41,515 bases of DNA from an uncultured Eubacteriales bacterium (GCA_964602455.1 CAZRRG010000006.1:1-41515), one strand, 5' to 3'; counted from the first letter of the stretch, positions 7,818 to 16,845 are shown. The notes: generated by a model not told the origin, from the letters alone. Numbers and translations: made by a program.

Positions 7818-8967
7818 ATGTACGAGGACCTTACCCAGAAACTTCAGACCATAGCCGAGAGGCTTGGCAGCATCGGGAGGTCTCTTTGACTTAGAGGGGC
7901 TCGAGCGTGAACTCCAGGAAGCCAAGAGGCAGCTGGAGGACCCGTCGGTTTGGCAGGACCCCAAGCGTGCCCAGGAACTGGGCAAGAAGCAGAGCCGCAT
8001 TCAGAACACATTGGAACGCTACAACCGCCTCAAGACGATCTGTGAAGACGATACGGAAATGGCCGCGCTGGCTGAGGCTGAAGGAGACCTCTCGCTCATG
8101 GACGACCTCACCGAGTCGGTGCGGAAACTCGGGGAGGAAGTCAGGGAACTGGAGCTGGAGACCCTCCTTTCCGGACCCTACGATTCCCGGGACGCTATTC
8201 TGACCCTCCACTCGGGCGCGGGCGGCACCGAGGCCATGGATTGGGTTGAGATGCTGTACCGGATGTACACGCGGTGGGCGGAACGTAAAGGGTACAAGAC
8301 CGAGCTTCTTGACTCGCTTCCCGGAGAAGAAGCAGGTCTAAAGAACGTGAGTTTCGCGGTGAAAGGGGACCACGCTTACGGCTTCCTCCGGAGCGAGCGT
8401 GGCGTTCATCGCCTGGTCCGCATATCTCCTTTCGACTCCAACGCCAGAAGGCACACATCCTTTGCCTCTCTGGATGTGCTCCCCGACATAGAGGAGGACT
8501 CGGAAGTGCAGTGGAGCCCCGATGAGGTCAGGATCGACACCTTCAAGTCCTCGGGCGCCGGCGGCCAGAACGTGAACAAGGTTGAGACGGGCGTGCGCAT
8601 CACTCACATCCCGACAGGCATCGTGGTGTCGTGCCAGAACGAGCGCTCTCAGCATTCCAATAGAGTGTTGGCAGAGAGGATGCTGGCCGCGAAGCTCCTT
8701 GCTATAAAGGAAGAGCAGCATCGCAAAGAAGTGGAGACCCTCAGGGGCCCGCAAGGGCTGATCGCGTGGGGTAGCCAGATCCGCTCATACGTCTTCCAGC
8801 CGTACACCATGGTGAAAGACCACAGGACGGGTTGTGAGGTCGGGAGCGTTGAGCGCGTCATGGACGGAGACATCGACGACTTCATATACGCCAAGCTGCA
8901 GCAGGATGCCCTGGGTGCGGCGGGGGCGAGTATAAAGAGGGAGAAGCCTGATCTGGACGAGGTCTAG
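7818..8967 (+). CDS. prfB: Peptide chain release factor 2, requires a +1 programmed frameshift (join 7818..7886, 7888..8967)
   Basis: Frame 0 reads MYEDLTQKLQTIAERLGSIGRSL and hits TGA at 7887. The +1 frame continues DLEGLERELQE... and contains SPF (RISPFDS) and GGQ (SGAGGQNVNKVET). Confidence 0.95.
7875..7890 (+). promoter_or_regulatory. RF2 autoregulatory +1 frameshift site
   Basis: Internal Shine-Dalgarno-like GGGAGG (7875-7880), a 3-nt spacer, then the slippery CTT TGA C (7884-7890). Confidence 0.92.
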
Positions 8968-8998
8968 ACCGGGCAGGGACTCCCAAAGGAGAGCCGAG

Positions 8999-9475
8999 AT
9001 GAGAACACGGAAGAACCTCTTGTTGATGGGGATCTTGGTTATGGGCGGAGTGCTCTTGGGCTGGTTCGGGAAGGGGTTCGCCGCGGGCGACCCGGTGCTT
9101 CCGGGCAGCGAGGGGGACCCGCTGGTGAGCAGGTCCTATGTTCAGTCCTATGTTCAGTCCCATGTCAACTCCTATGTCGACTCGTACGTCGACGCGAGCA
9201 TAGACGCCAAGATGAAAATGGTTGTTGTAGAGGTTACGGCCGGCGCAAAACTCATCGGGGCAGCCGGTACCGAGATTATCGTTCGCTCCGGTACCGCCAC
9301 AGCTATAGACTCCCAGAACGGCGGTCTCTCAGATGTAACAGCCGGGGTTGACCTACGGAAGGGCGACGTTGCTCCAACCAACCATCTCTTGATTGTACCC
9401 AGGGATGATGGGCGTGGGATTGCGGCCGTGACGTCCTTATTCGTCATGGTGAGAGGGGCCTACACGTTGCAGTAG
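8999..9475 (+). CDS. Secreted or membrane-anchored hypothetical protein with an (S-Y/H-V-x)5 repeat
   Basis: ATG follows AAAGGAGAG. The N-terminal signal-like segment is MRTRKNLLLMGILVMGGVLLGWFG. The repeat is SYVQSYVQSHVNSYVDSYVD. The C-terminal domain (GTEIIVRSGTATAI ... HLLIVPRDDGRGI) is not assigned to a family. Confidence 0.7.
   Translation: MRTRKNLLLMGILVMGGVLLGWFGKGFAAGDPVLPGSEGDPLVSRSYVQSYVQSHVNSYVDSYVDASIDAKMKMVVVEVTAGAKLIGAAGTEIIVRSGTATAIDSQNGGLSDVTAGVDLRKGDVAPTNHLLIVPRDDGRGIAAVTSLFVMVRGAYTLQ
9134..9193 (+). repeat. Five tandem 12-nt (4-codon) units inside the CDS
   Basis: tcctatgttcag / tcctatgttcag / tcccatgtcaac / tcctatgtcgac / tcgtacgtcgac. Confidence 0.9.
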
Positions 9476-9500
9476 GGGCTACAGTGGGTGCGGCAACGGG

Positions 9501-10610
9501 CTACTCTTGCTCCGCATCCACGCCCCGCAAAGCCGCCAGCACCATGTCCACGTTGTCGGCGGCGAGCGAAGTGAAGATGGGTAGCTTCTCCACGAGGCCG
9601 CGGCGAAGGTCATCGCGGATGTCCATGAAGCGCTCCAGTTCGAGGGCTAGGTCCGTGCTCTTCACCGATGCCGGATTGGGTATCACCGGGCATCCGGCCG
9701 CTCTACAGAAGGCTCCCAGCTTCGGGTCTATCTCGACCCCTATGAACGGCACTGTTGCTCTCGCGGAGAGTATCAGCGTGTGAAGTCTCATTCCTATGCA
9801 GAACTCCGCTTTCTCCAGAACAGCCAAAGCCTCCCGAGGATTCAGGCCCGAGACTGACCGGCTCTCATCTTGGCCCGCCTCGGACAGCCAGCGGTTCACC
9901 AGGGGCACAAGCTCCGCGTCCTGTTCCTGCATAACCAGGAAGCACGGTTCGTACCCCTTGGATCGCAGGATACCCATCACAGGTACGAACGACCTGTAGA
10001 AGCTTTCCGGCGCTTTTCCGGGACGCAGGGCCAGCCACACGATGGGCTTATCCTCGGGAATGCCCGCAGAGGCCAGGATCTGGTTCCGCCGCTCACTTGT
10101 GCAGGGCGTAAGAAGGAATGCGGGATCGGCTGTAACTCGCACAGGCCTCTTTACTCCGATTCGCCTTAGGAGCTTCTCAGACTCCGGATCGCGAACGGTG
10201 ATCCTCTTGGCCGATGAGAGCGCAAGCTTGGTAAGGAGCCTACCGACCCACGAGCGTATGGGACCGACTCCGTTGGCGTATACGGCAACCGGCTTCCCGA
10301 ACGTCCTCGACGCGAAGATGATGGACAGGTAGTAGAGCAGCGATCTGAAGGAAGTATCGTCCTGGAGCAGGCTGCCGCCGCCGAAGACTACCAGGTCTGA
10401 GGCCAAGAGTCCCTTCACTACTTCCCTGGGCGACATCCTGCCGTATGCCTCAACGCCGTAGGTCTTAGCGGTGTCTTCGGGGTTTGCTGAGAGCACCGAG
10501 ATCTCGATGCCAGGGTCCCTCGCCCGCAGGCTCTCGACTGTGGAGGCGAGTATCGCTTCGTCGCCGACGTTGCCGAACCCGTAGTACCCCGACAGGAGCA
10601 CTCTAGCCAC
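9501..10610 (-). CDS. csaB: Polysaccharide pyruvyl transferase CsaB
   Basis: GTG at 10610 follows GGAGGTG at good spacing. The N terminus VARVLLSGYYGFGNVGDEAIL is typical of CsaB. The ORF-track start at 10670 has no RBS. Confidence 0.85.
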   Translation of the reverse strand: MARVLLSGYYGFGNVGDEAILASTVESLRARDPGIEISVLSANPEDTAKTYGVEAYGRMSPREVVKGLLASDLVVFGGGSLLQDDTSFRSLLYYLSIIFASRTFGKPVAVYANGVGPIRSWVGRLLTKLALSSAKRITVRDPESEKLLRRIGVKRPVRVTADPAFLLTPCTSERRNQILASAGIPEDKPIVWLALRPGKAPESFYRSFVPVMGILRSKGYEPCFLVMQEQDAELVPLVNRWLSEAGQDESRSVSGLNPREALAVLEKAEFCIGMRLHTLILSARATVPFIGVEIDPKLGAFCRAAGCPVIPNPASVKSTDLALELERFMDIRDDLRRGLVEKLPIFTSLAADNVDMVLAALRGVDAEQE

Positions 10611-10782
10611 GAAGCTGCACCTCCGCCTCTCCCCGGTAATAGTAGGGGTGACCCATGTCAAGCATAGCAAAAAGGGAGATCACTGTAAAAACGGGTCGCC
10701 TCCGGGGGGAGGATGGCCGTCTATTGTTGTAGAATTGTGGCGTGTAGAACCAAGTTACAAATTGCCGGGGAATGGTGAAGCA

Positions 10783-11580
10783 GTGGCTCGGGCCGTGGAC
10801 ATTCTGGGGGTCGAGTTTTACCCGATTACGTTCAGCGGCGCCTGCAGGGCGCTGGACTGGATGCTATCCCTAAACGACGGGAAGACCCGGCTCACTGTCA
10901 CCGCAAACCCCATCATGGTCATGATCGCTCAGAAGGATCCGGAGTTCGCCAGGATCTTAGGCTGTGCCGATCTACTCGTGCCTGACGGCATCGGCATCCT
11001 GTGGGCCGCTAAGAGGATGGGGCGCAGCCTTCCCGAGAGGGTCACGGGCGTCGACCTGACCAACTATCTCCTGTCCAAGAATCCGTCTCCTCGCATTTTC
11101 CTCCTGGGCGGGAAACCGGGGGTTGCCGAGAGAGCTAAGAACCGTCTGATCAAGGAAATGCCGTGGGTGCGCGTCGCGGGCCTCCATCACGGCTACTTCA
11201 ATGAAGCCGAGGAAGAGGCGGTTATCCGCAAGATACGGTTCAGCGAGGCCGATGTCGTGCTGGCCGGCATGGGGGCGCCTAAGCAGGAGAAGTTCTTGTG
11301 GCGGAACCGCGGCGTCCTTGGGGCCAAACTAGGGATGGGTGTCGGCGGAGTGCTTGATATACTGGCCGGGGATGTGACGCTAACTCCTCCCGCTTTGCGG
11401 AAGGCAGGTCTCGAGTGGCTTCACAGGCTGGTGAAACAGCCTGGACGCATCAAGGCTGACATAGCCCTCTTTGATTTCGCGCTAAGAATCATGGCCAAAA
11501 CGCTGTTCGGCAAGGGTAGAGCAGCAGAAGGAGACCAAGAAGATGATGACCAGGGATACTATGACGCAAGGCGAGAGTGA
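10783..11580 (+). CDS. tagA: WecB/TagA/CpsF family glycosyltransferase (TagA-like)
   Basis: Family motifs are ADLLVPDGIGILWAAK, GGKPGVAE and GMGAPKQEKFLW. The GTG start at 10783 is inferred and uncertain. Divergent from csaB. Confidence 0.8.
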   Translation: MARAVDILGVEFYPITFSGACRALDWMLSLNDGKTRLTVTANPIMVMIAQKDPEFARILGCADLLVPDGIGILWAAKRMGRSLPERVTGVDLTNYLLSKNPSPRIFLLGGKPGVAERAKNRLIKEMPWVRVAGLHHGYFNEAEEEAVIRKIRFSEADVVLAGMGAPKQEKFLWRNRGVLGAKLGMGVGGVLDILAGDVTLTPPALRKAGLEWLHRLVKQPGRIKADIALFDFALRIMAKTLFGKGRAAEGDQEDDDQGYYDARRE

Positions 11581-12415
11581 AACGGCGTCTCGTGTGCAGC
11601 AAATCGCGCACAGGCTGAGGCGGCACGTGGTAGAGATGGTTGGGAAGGCCGGCTCAGGCCATCCCGGCGGCTCGCTGTCGGCGGCCGACATTATGGCCGC
11701 GCTGTACTTCGGCGATGTTCTCAAGGTGGACCCGGCGAACCCGGCCTGGCCTGACAGGGACAGGTTCGTCCTATCTAAGGGCCACGCCGCGCCTATTCTC
11801 TACGCCGCGCTCGCTGAGAGAGGATTCTTCCCTGTCGAGACTCTCCCCACTCTTAGGCAGCTCGGTTCTATGCTGCAGGGGCATCCCGATGCCCGAAAAG
11901 TGCCGGGCGTAGAAGTCTCTACCGGCTCCCTTGGCCAGGGGCTATCCCTTGCCGTTGGCATGGCGCTGGCGGGAAAGCTAGACAAGAAGCCGTACCACGT
12001 TTGGGCTCTCGTTGGCGACGGCGAGTCCGAGGAAGGCCAGATATGGGAAGCCGCCATGGCCGGGGCCCACTACAAGCTGGATAACCTCACCGCGATTGTG
12101 GATCACAACCATTTGCAGATAGACGGTCCGCTGTGCGAGGTCATGTCGCCCGAGCCGTTGGCCGATAAGTGGAGGGCTTTCGGCTGGGACGTGGTTGAGG
12201 TGAACGGCCACAACGTGCCGGACCTCCTTGCCGCGTTCAAGGCCCCGCCGGTCCAAGGAAAACCGCGGGCAATCATCGCTGAGACAGTGAAGGGCAAGGG
12301 CGTCAGCTACATGGAAGGACTTGCGGCGTGGCACGGGAAAGCGCCCAAGGGCGAAGAGTTGGAGAGGGCGCTCGCCGAGCTCGCGGTGCCCGAAGAGGAT
12401 AGGAGGTGCCGCTGA
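11543..12415 (+). CDS. Transketolase, N-terminal (TPP-binding) subunit
   Basis: GSGHPGGSLS, LSKGHAAP and GDGESEEGQIWEA motifs. AAGGAG lies 9 nt upstream of the ATG. Confidence 0.93.
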   Translation: MMTRDTMTQGESETASRVQQIAHRLRRHVVEMVGKAGSGHPGGSLSAADIMAALYFGDVLKVDPANPAWPDRDRFVLSKGHAAPILYAALAERGFFPVETLPTLRQLGSMLQGHPDARKVPGVEVSTGSLGQGLSLAVGMALAGKLDKKPYHVWALVGDGESEEGQIWEAAMAGAHYKLDNLTAIVDHNHLQIDGPLCEVMSPEPLADKWRAFGWDVVEVNGHNVPDLLAAFKAPPVQGKPRAIIAETVKGKGVSYMEGLAAWHGKAPKGEELERALAELAVPEEDRRCR

Positions 12416-13395
12416 TGGTAGCGCCACGGGAAGCATACGGCGAAACACTGGTAGAACTGGGCAAAGAGGATTCACGCATAGTCGTCCTTGATGCCGACCT
12501 CTCGTCCTCCACCAAGACCGACAAGTTCCGCAAGGCGTTTCCCGACCGGTTCTTCAACATGGGGATCGCTGAGTCCAACATGATGGCGGTGGCCGCTGGG
12601 CTGGCCCAATCCGGAAAGATCGCGTTTGCCTCGACTTTTGCGGTCTTCGCCACAGGAAGGACCTATGACCAGATAAGGCAGTCCATAATGTACCCCAGGT
12701 TCAACGTGAAGGTTGTGGCGACCCACGGTGGCCTCACCGTCGGTCCCGACGGCGCATCCCATCAGGCCCTGGAAGATGTGGCTCTCATGAGGGTCCTTCC
12801 CGGCATGGTGGTCATTGTCCCCGCCGATGTGGCTGAGACCAGGGCCGCAGTGAGGGCGGCAGCCGCATACGACGGCCCGGTCTACATCAGGCTTGGGCGT
12901 GAAGCTGTCCCTGATGTCCTGCCCGAGGGCGTAGGGTTTGAGATAGGAAAGAGCAGTGTCTTGTGGCCGGCCCTCGACCGGGAGGCGGTTGTGGCTGCTC
13001 CCAAGGGCGGGACGCCCCGGTTTGATGTGTCGTTTGTGGCGTGCGGCGTTATGGTCAAGCCGTGTCTGGACGCCGCCAAGGAACTGGAAGCCCAAGGGCT
13101 GAAGTGCGCGGTTGCCAACTTCGCGTCCGTAAAACCCCTGGATACCGAGCTCCTTCTAGCCCTTGCTCGCGCGAGCAAGGCGATCGTCACGGCCGAGGAG
13201 CACAGCGTTGTGGGCGGCCTGGGCGGAGCCGTCGCGGAGACTCTGTCGTCGGAGCATCCGATGCTGGTGCGGCGAGTAGGCGTACTCGACCAGTTTGGTG
13301 AATCAGGTCCGGCCGAGGACCTCCTGAAAGCGTACGGCCTCACCGCGAAAGATGTCGCGGAAGCCGGAAGGGCGGCGCTCGCGGCCGTAAAGTAG
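12415..13395 (+). CDS. Transketolase, C-terminal (pyrimidine-binding) subunit
   Basis: ATG at 12415 overlaps the upstream TGA (TGATG) and lies 8 nt after AGGAGG. Motifs: FNMGIAESNMM, THGGLTVGPDGASHQALED. Confidence 0.93.
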   Translation: MVAPREAYGETLVELGKEDSRIVVLDADLSSSTKTDKFRKAFPDRFFNMGIAESNMMAVAAGLAQSGKIAFASTFAVFATGRTYDQIRQSIMYPRFNVKVVATHGGLTVGPDGASHQALEDVALMRVLPGMVVIVPADVAETRAAVRAAAAYDGPVYIRLGREAVPDVLPEGVGFEIGKSSVLWPALDREAVVAAPKGGTPRFDVSFVACGVMVKPCLDAAKELEAQGLKCAVANFASVKPLDTELLLALARASKAIVTAEEHSVVGGLGGAVAETLSSEHPMLVRRVGVLDQFGESGPAEDLLKAYGLTAKDVAEAGRAALAAVK

Positions 13396-13424
13396 GGAAC
13401 CCGTCCCATGCGCCCAGCATGAGA

Positions 13425-13460
13425 CCTGTTTTCCACAACTTCCTCCCACGTGGAAACAGG
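13425..13460 (+). other. Stable hairpin downstream of the transketolase genes (possible terminator without a U tract)
   Basis: CCTGTTT(T)CCAC pairs with GTGGAAACAGG, giving an 11-bp stem with one bulge. No T run follows. Confidence 0.3.
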
Positions 13461-13513
13461 ATCGGGTCATATACTGTCGAATATGTGAGGGTGGAAAGAC
13501 CTTCTCCCGGACG

Positions 13514-14203
13514 GTGACCTTATTGATTTCTTTACGAGGCGTCTCAAAACAATACCCCACAGGCATGCTGGCCCTCGATCACGTGGACCTTGAGATCAAG
13601 AAGGGCGAGTTTGTGTTCATAGTAGGACAGAGCGGCGCAGGCAAGTCCACGCTGATCAAACTTCTCTATAAGGAAGAGGACCCGACCAGCGGGCGTGTCA
13701 TCGTCGGAGGCAAAGACCTCATTAAGATGCGGCGCAGGGAGATCCCGTACCTTAGGCGCAAGATCGGAGTCGTCTTCCAGGACTTCAAACTGCTCCCCGA
13801 TCGCACCGTGGCCGAGAATGTCGCTTTTGCGCTGCTTGTCACCGGGTATTCGGGAAGGGATCCCGTGAAGAGCGTGATGCAGGTCCTCTCCATGGTGGGG
13901 CTCAAAGAAAGGCAGAACGCATATCCTTCGCAGCTGTCCGGCGGTGAGCAGCAGAGAGTGGCCATCGCGCGGGCACTGGTCCGTAACCCTGACATTCTGA
14001 TCGCGGACGAGCCCACCGGCAACCTCGATCCAGATACTTCGCTTGAGATCTTCAAGTTGATTGAGCGAGCAAACATGTACGGGACGACGGTTGTCGTAGC
14101 CACTCACGCCAGACACATTGTTGATTCCATGCGCAAACGCGTCATTGAACTGCGGAAAGGTACCGTGGTGAGGGACGCTCGAAGAGGGGCGTACGACTAT
14201 TGA
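13514..14203 (+). CDS. ftsE: Cell division ATP-binding protein FtsE
   Basis: Walker A is GQSGAGKST, the ABC signature is LSGGEQQR, and Walker B is ILIADEPTGNLD. Start is GTG at 13514, or TTG at 13523. Confidence 0.93.
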   Translation: MTLLISLRGVSKQYPTGMLALDHVDLEIKKGEFVFIVGQSGAGKSTLIKLLYKEEDPTSGRVIVGGKDLIKMRRREIPYLRRKIGVVFQDFKLLPDRTVAENVAFALLVTGYSGRDPVKSVMQVLSMVGLKERQNAYPSQLSGGEQQRVAIARALVRNPDILIADEPTGNLDPDTSLEIFKLIERANMYGTTVVVATHARHIVDSMRKRVIELRKGTVVRDARRGAYDY

Positions 14204-15090
14204 GGTTCTCTACCGGCGGTTATTTTCTCGGGGAGACGGGGAAGAGCATTTGGAGGAACAAGATGTCCTCCTTCCTATCCTGCGCCACCACGGCTCTGTC
14301 CCTCTTCCTGCTCGGAGTCGCATTCCTTGTCAGCCTAAACATTAAGTTCACTTACACCGTTGTTCAGGATCAAATGGAGATCCAAGCCTATCTGGTTAAA
14401 GAGGCCACTCTAGATGAGTCCCAAGCCGTGTTCGAAGCCATCAAGAACCTCCCCGGAGTTTCCCACGCTGAGTATGTGAGCCGCGAAGAGGCGTTGGAAT
14501 GGCTGAAACAGAGGTTCCAGGACAACGCGTCGGTGCTGGCGGGTCTCGGAAACGACAACCCACTTCCGGCAAGCGTCAGGCTGAAGGTCGCTGACGTCGC
14601 GGACACATCTGCCGTCGTCGAAGAGATCAAGAAGATGCCTCAGGTCGAAGACGTGATCTACCAGGAAGGGACCTCCCGGCAGTTGGCTTCGCTGGGCATC
14701 GCCACCCAATACGTCTCGCTTGGCGGAATGCTGGTCGTCGGACTTGTCGCTATCATGGTCATCGGCAACTCAATACGCCTGACCATCGACGCTCGCAGGC
14801 ATGAGGTCGGGATCATGAAGCTGGTCGGCGCCACCGACGAGTTCATCATGGGGCCCTTCCTCCTGGAGGGCATGATCCTGGGCATGCTGGGCGGCCTCAT
14901 AGGCGAGGGTTTGGTCGTCAGCCTCTATGTATGGATCGTTAGAGGGGTGCAGAACGTTGTGCCGTTCTTGCCGATAATGGAACTCTCAATGCCGGTTGCC
15001 CTGGATATGCTCGGCATAATGCTGGTGACCGGCATGGCCGTCGGCATCATAGGCTCGGTGCTTGCGTTGAGAAAGCACCTTAGAGTATAA
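14200..15090 (+). CDS. ftsX: Cell division permease-like protein FtsX
   Basis: The TTG start overlaps the ftsE stop codon. Typical FtsX layout: one TM helix, an extracellular domain, then three C-terminal TM helices (MKLVGATDEFI). Confidence 0.9.
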   Translation: MRFSTGGYFLGETGKSIWRNKMSSFLSCATTALSLFLLGVAFLVSLNIKFTYTVVQDQMEIQAYLVKEATLDESQAVFEAIKNLPGVSHAEYVSREEALEWLKQRFQDNASVLAGLGNDNPLPASVRLKVADVADTSAVVEEIKKMPQVEDVIYQEGTSRQLASLGIATQYVSLGGMLVVGLVAIMVIGNSIRLTIDARRHEVGIMKLVGATDEFIMGPFLLEGMILGMLGGLIGEGLVVSLYVWIVRGVQNVVPFLPIMELSMPVALDMLGIMLVTGMAVGIIGSVLALRKHLRV

Positions 15091-15162
15091 GGAAAACCAG
15101 ATAAGCGGCGGTTGGCGATACGGCCATACGCCCTAGAATGCAGATGACTCTGGGAGTACTGG

Positions 15163-16344
15163 ATGAGGCGGGGGATTTCAGTGAGACTTATGCGAAAGGC
15201 TGCAAAGGTGGTAGCCGCGATCCTACTCATATCAGCGGCTCTGGTTGTGGCGCCCAACTCTCTGGCTTTGGGGGCGCCTCAGGAGATAGACCTGCGCATA
15301 GATGAACTGAACCAACTCCAAGTAGAGATCGACGAGCTTCAGAAGAAACTGCAATCCACAGCCAGCACAGAGAAGTCGGTGTTGGCCGAACTCTCCAAAC
15401 TCGAGAGCCAGCTCGCGCTCGCCAACAAGGAACTAGACTACATAGAAGTCCAGTTGTCCGTCACCGATAGCCAGATCAACAAGACAAAGGCCGAGGTCCA
15501 GGAAACCGAAGAGAAGCTGGCCAGCCAAAAGGCGGCTTTCGACTCCAGACTGCTGAGTATGTACAAGGCCAGCAGGATCTCCTATCTCGACATGCTGCTT
15601 AGCTCCGGCAGCCTCTCGGAGCTCATGGCTCGTATGCACTACCTAAAGCAGATCGCTGTTCAGGACAGCTCTCTCATAGACGAGTATTGTGCCACAAGGG
15701 AAGCGCTGCTGGCGAAGCAGGCCGACCTCGAGGCGTACCAGACCAAGCTCGTTGGCCTCAAGGCCTCCCAGGAGCGCAAGAGGGCAGAGGTCACTAGCCG
15801 GAGTCTTGAGCGCGAGCAGTACCTGAACCGGGTTCAGGCCGACAAGCAGAAGTATGCTGAAGCCTTGGACCAGATGCAGAAGGAAGCCGACGCTCTCAAC
15901 AAGATTATCGCGGACCTTCAGGCCAAAGGTCAGAAGCCACAGGCGCATCCCCTTCAGATGATCTGGCCGATCAGTGGAGGCGGCTGGATCAGTTCCGAAT
16001 ACGGCAGTAGGTATCACCCGATACTTGGCTATAACAAGTGGCATTCCGGAATTGACTACGCGGCGAACCGCGGTACCCCCATCAAAGCCGCGGAGGACGG
16101 AACCGTAATCCTGGCCGGGGTCAACGGCGGCTACGGCAACTGCGTGATCATCGACCACGGCGGTGGCGTCTCGACGCTCTACGGGCACGCGGACAAGCTA
16201 CTGGTGAAGACGGGGCAGGACGTGATCAAGGGCCAGACTATCGCGCTTGTCGGCAGCACCGGGCTCTCAACCGGTCCACACCTCCACTTTGAAGTCCGCG
16301 TAAACGGTGAGACTCAGGATCCACTGAAGTGGGCTAAGCCGTGA
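15163..16344 (+). CDS. Coiled-coil M23 family peptidase (EnvC/PcsB-like partner of FtsEX)
   Basis: Signal/TM segment, ~230 aa of coiled coil, then a C-terminal LytM domain with HSGIDYAA and GPHLHFEVR. An alternative ATG start exists at 15190. Confidence 0.9.
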   Translation: MRRGISVRLMRKAAKVVAAILLISAALVVAPNSLALGAPQEIDLRIDELNQLQVEIDELQKKLQSTASTEKSVLAELSKLESQLALANKELDYIEVQLSVTDSQINKTKAEVQETEEKLASQKAAFDSRLLSMYKASRISYLDMLLSSGSLSELMARMHYLKQIAVQDSSLIDEYCATREALLAKQADLEAYQTKLVGLKASQERKRAEVTSRSLEREQYLNRVQADKQKYAEALDQMQKEADALNKIIADLQAKGQKPQAHPLQMIWPISGGGWISSEYGSRYHPILGYNKWHSGIDYAANRGTPIKAAEDGTVILAGVNGGYGNCVIIDHGGGVSTLYGHADKLLVKTGQDVIKGQTIALVGSTGLSTGPHLHFEVRVNGETQDPLKWAKP

Positions 16345-16352
16345 TTTGTACG

Positions 16353-16376
16353 GAGCGATAGCGGAGCATTCGCTGT
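16353..16376 (+). repeat. Partial REP-like element (stem-loop 1 relative)
   Basis: Shares the 12-mer GAGCGATAGCGG with the copies at 775 and 907. It forms an AGCGA...TCGCT hairpin and starts 9 nt after the M23 peptidase stop codon. Confidence 0.55.
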
Positions 16377-16450
16377 AGGATGTGCTAAGGGGCAGGTGTG
16401 TGGACATAGGGTGTCTAGGGTGTCCGCGCCACACATATGAACCTCAACCC

Positions 16451-16705
16451 GGTCACGCGGTGATCAGTCGGATTTCCTAGGGTCACGGGATGCATATTAC
16501 CAAGTTAGTCATATTCCTTCCCGTGACCATTAGCGGAAAAAGTCGGGTCACAAGGCGCCTAATCAGAGCTGATTAGTTACGACATGACCACACTTTTCGA
16601 CATATTGGCCTTCTGGTGACTAGTGGAAACCCGAAAACAGGTCATCGCATGACCCGTCGAAAACCAAATGGTCATGTCGTGACCATGGGTAGTCATGCGG
16701 TGACC
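16451..16705. repeat. Array of GGTCAY-N3-RTGACC palindromes and half-sites (putative multi-operator or iteron-like array)
   Basis: Exact hexamers: GGTCAC at 16451, 16481, 16546; GGTCAT at 16640, 16670; GTGACC at 16523, 16679, 16700; ATGACC at 16584, 16649. Full palindromes lie at 16640-16654, 16670-16684, 16691-16705 and 16451-16465. Confidence 0.75.
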
Positions 16706-16845
16706 GTTAGGGGTCGGAGTGGCGGCGCACCGGCACAAGCGCTGCTAGATGTATCCCGCTCCCGCCACCCTTGCTCCATTTTCGCCTAGCGGATATGCTG
16801 AGTTGAAAAGGCTCTTTCGCCGCGCAAAGGGGGACCGGTTCCTCC

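Noticed and set aside
13447-13460. parS-like sequence (CACGTGGAAACA)
   Set aside because: It has an extra G relative to the parS half-site (CACGTGAAACA) and lacks the left half. It is better explained as one arm of the 13425-13460 hairpin.
16596-16602. Spo0A-box-like heptamers: TGTCGAA on the minus strand at 16596-16602, a near-match CGTCGAA around 16655-16661, and TGTCGAA at 13477-13483 upstream of ftsE
   Set aside because: Several occurrences of any 7-mer are expected by chance in 41 kb on both strands, and there is no supporting context.
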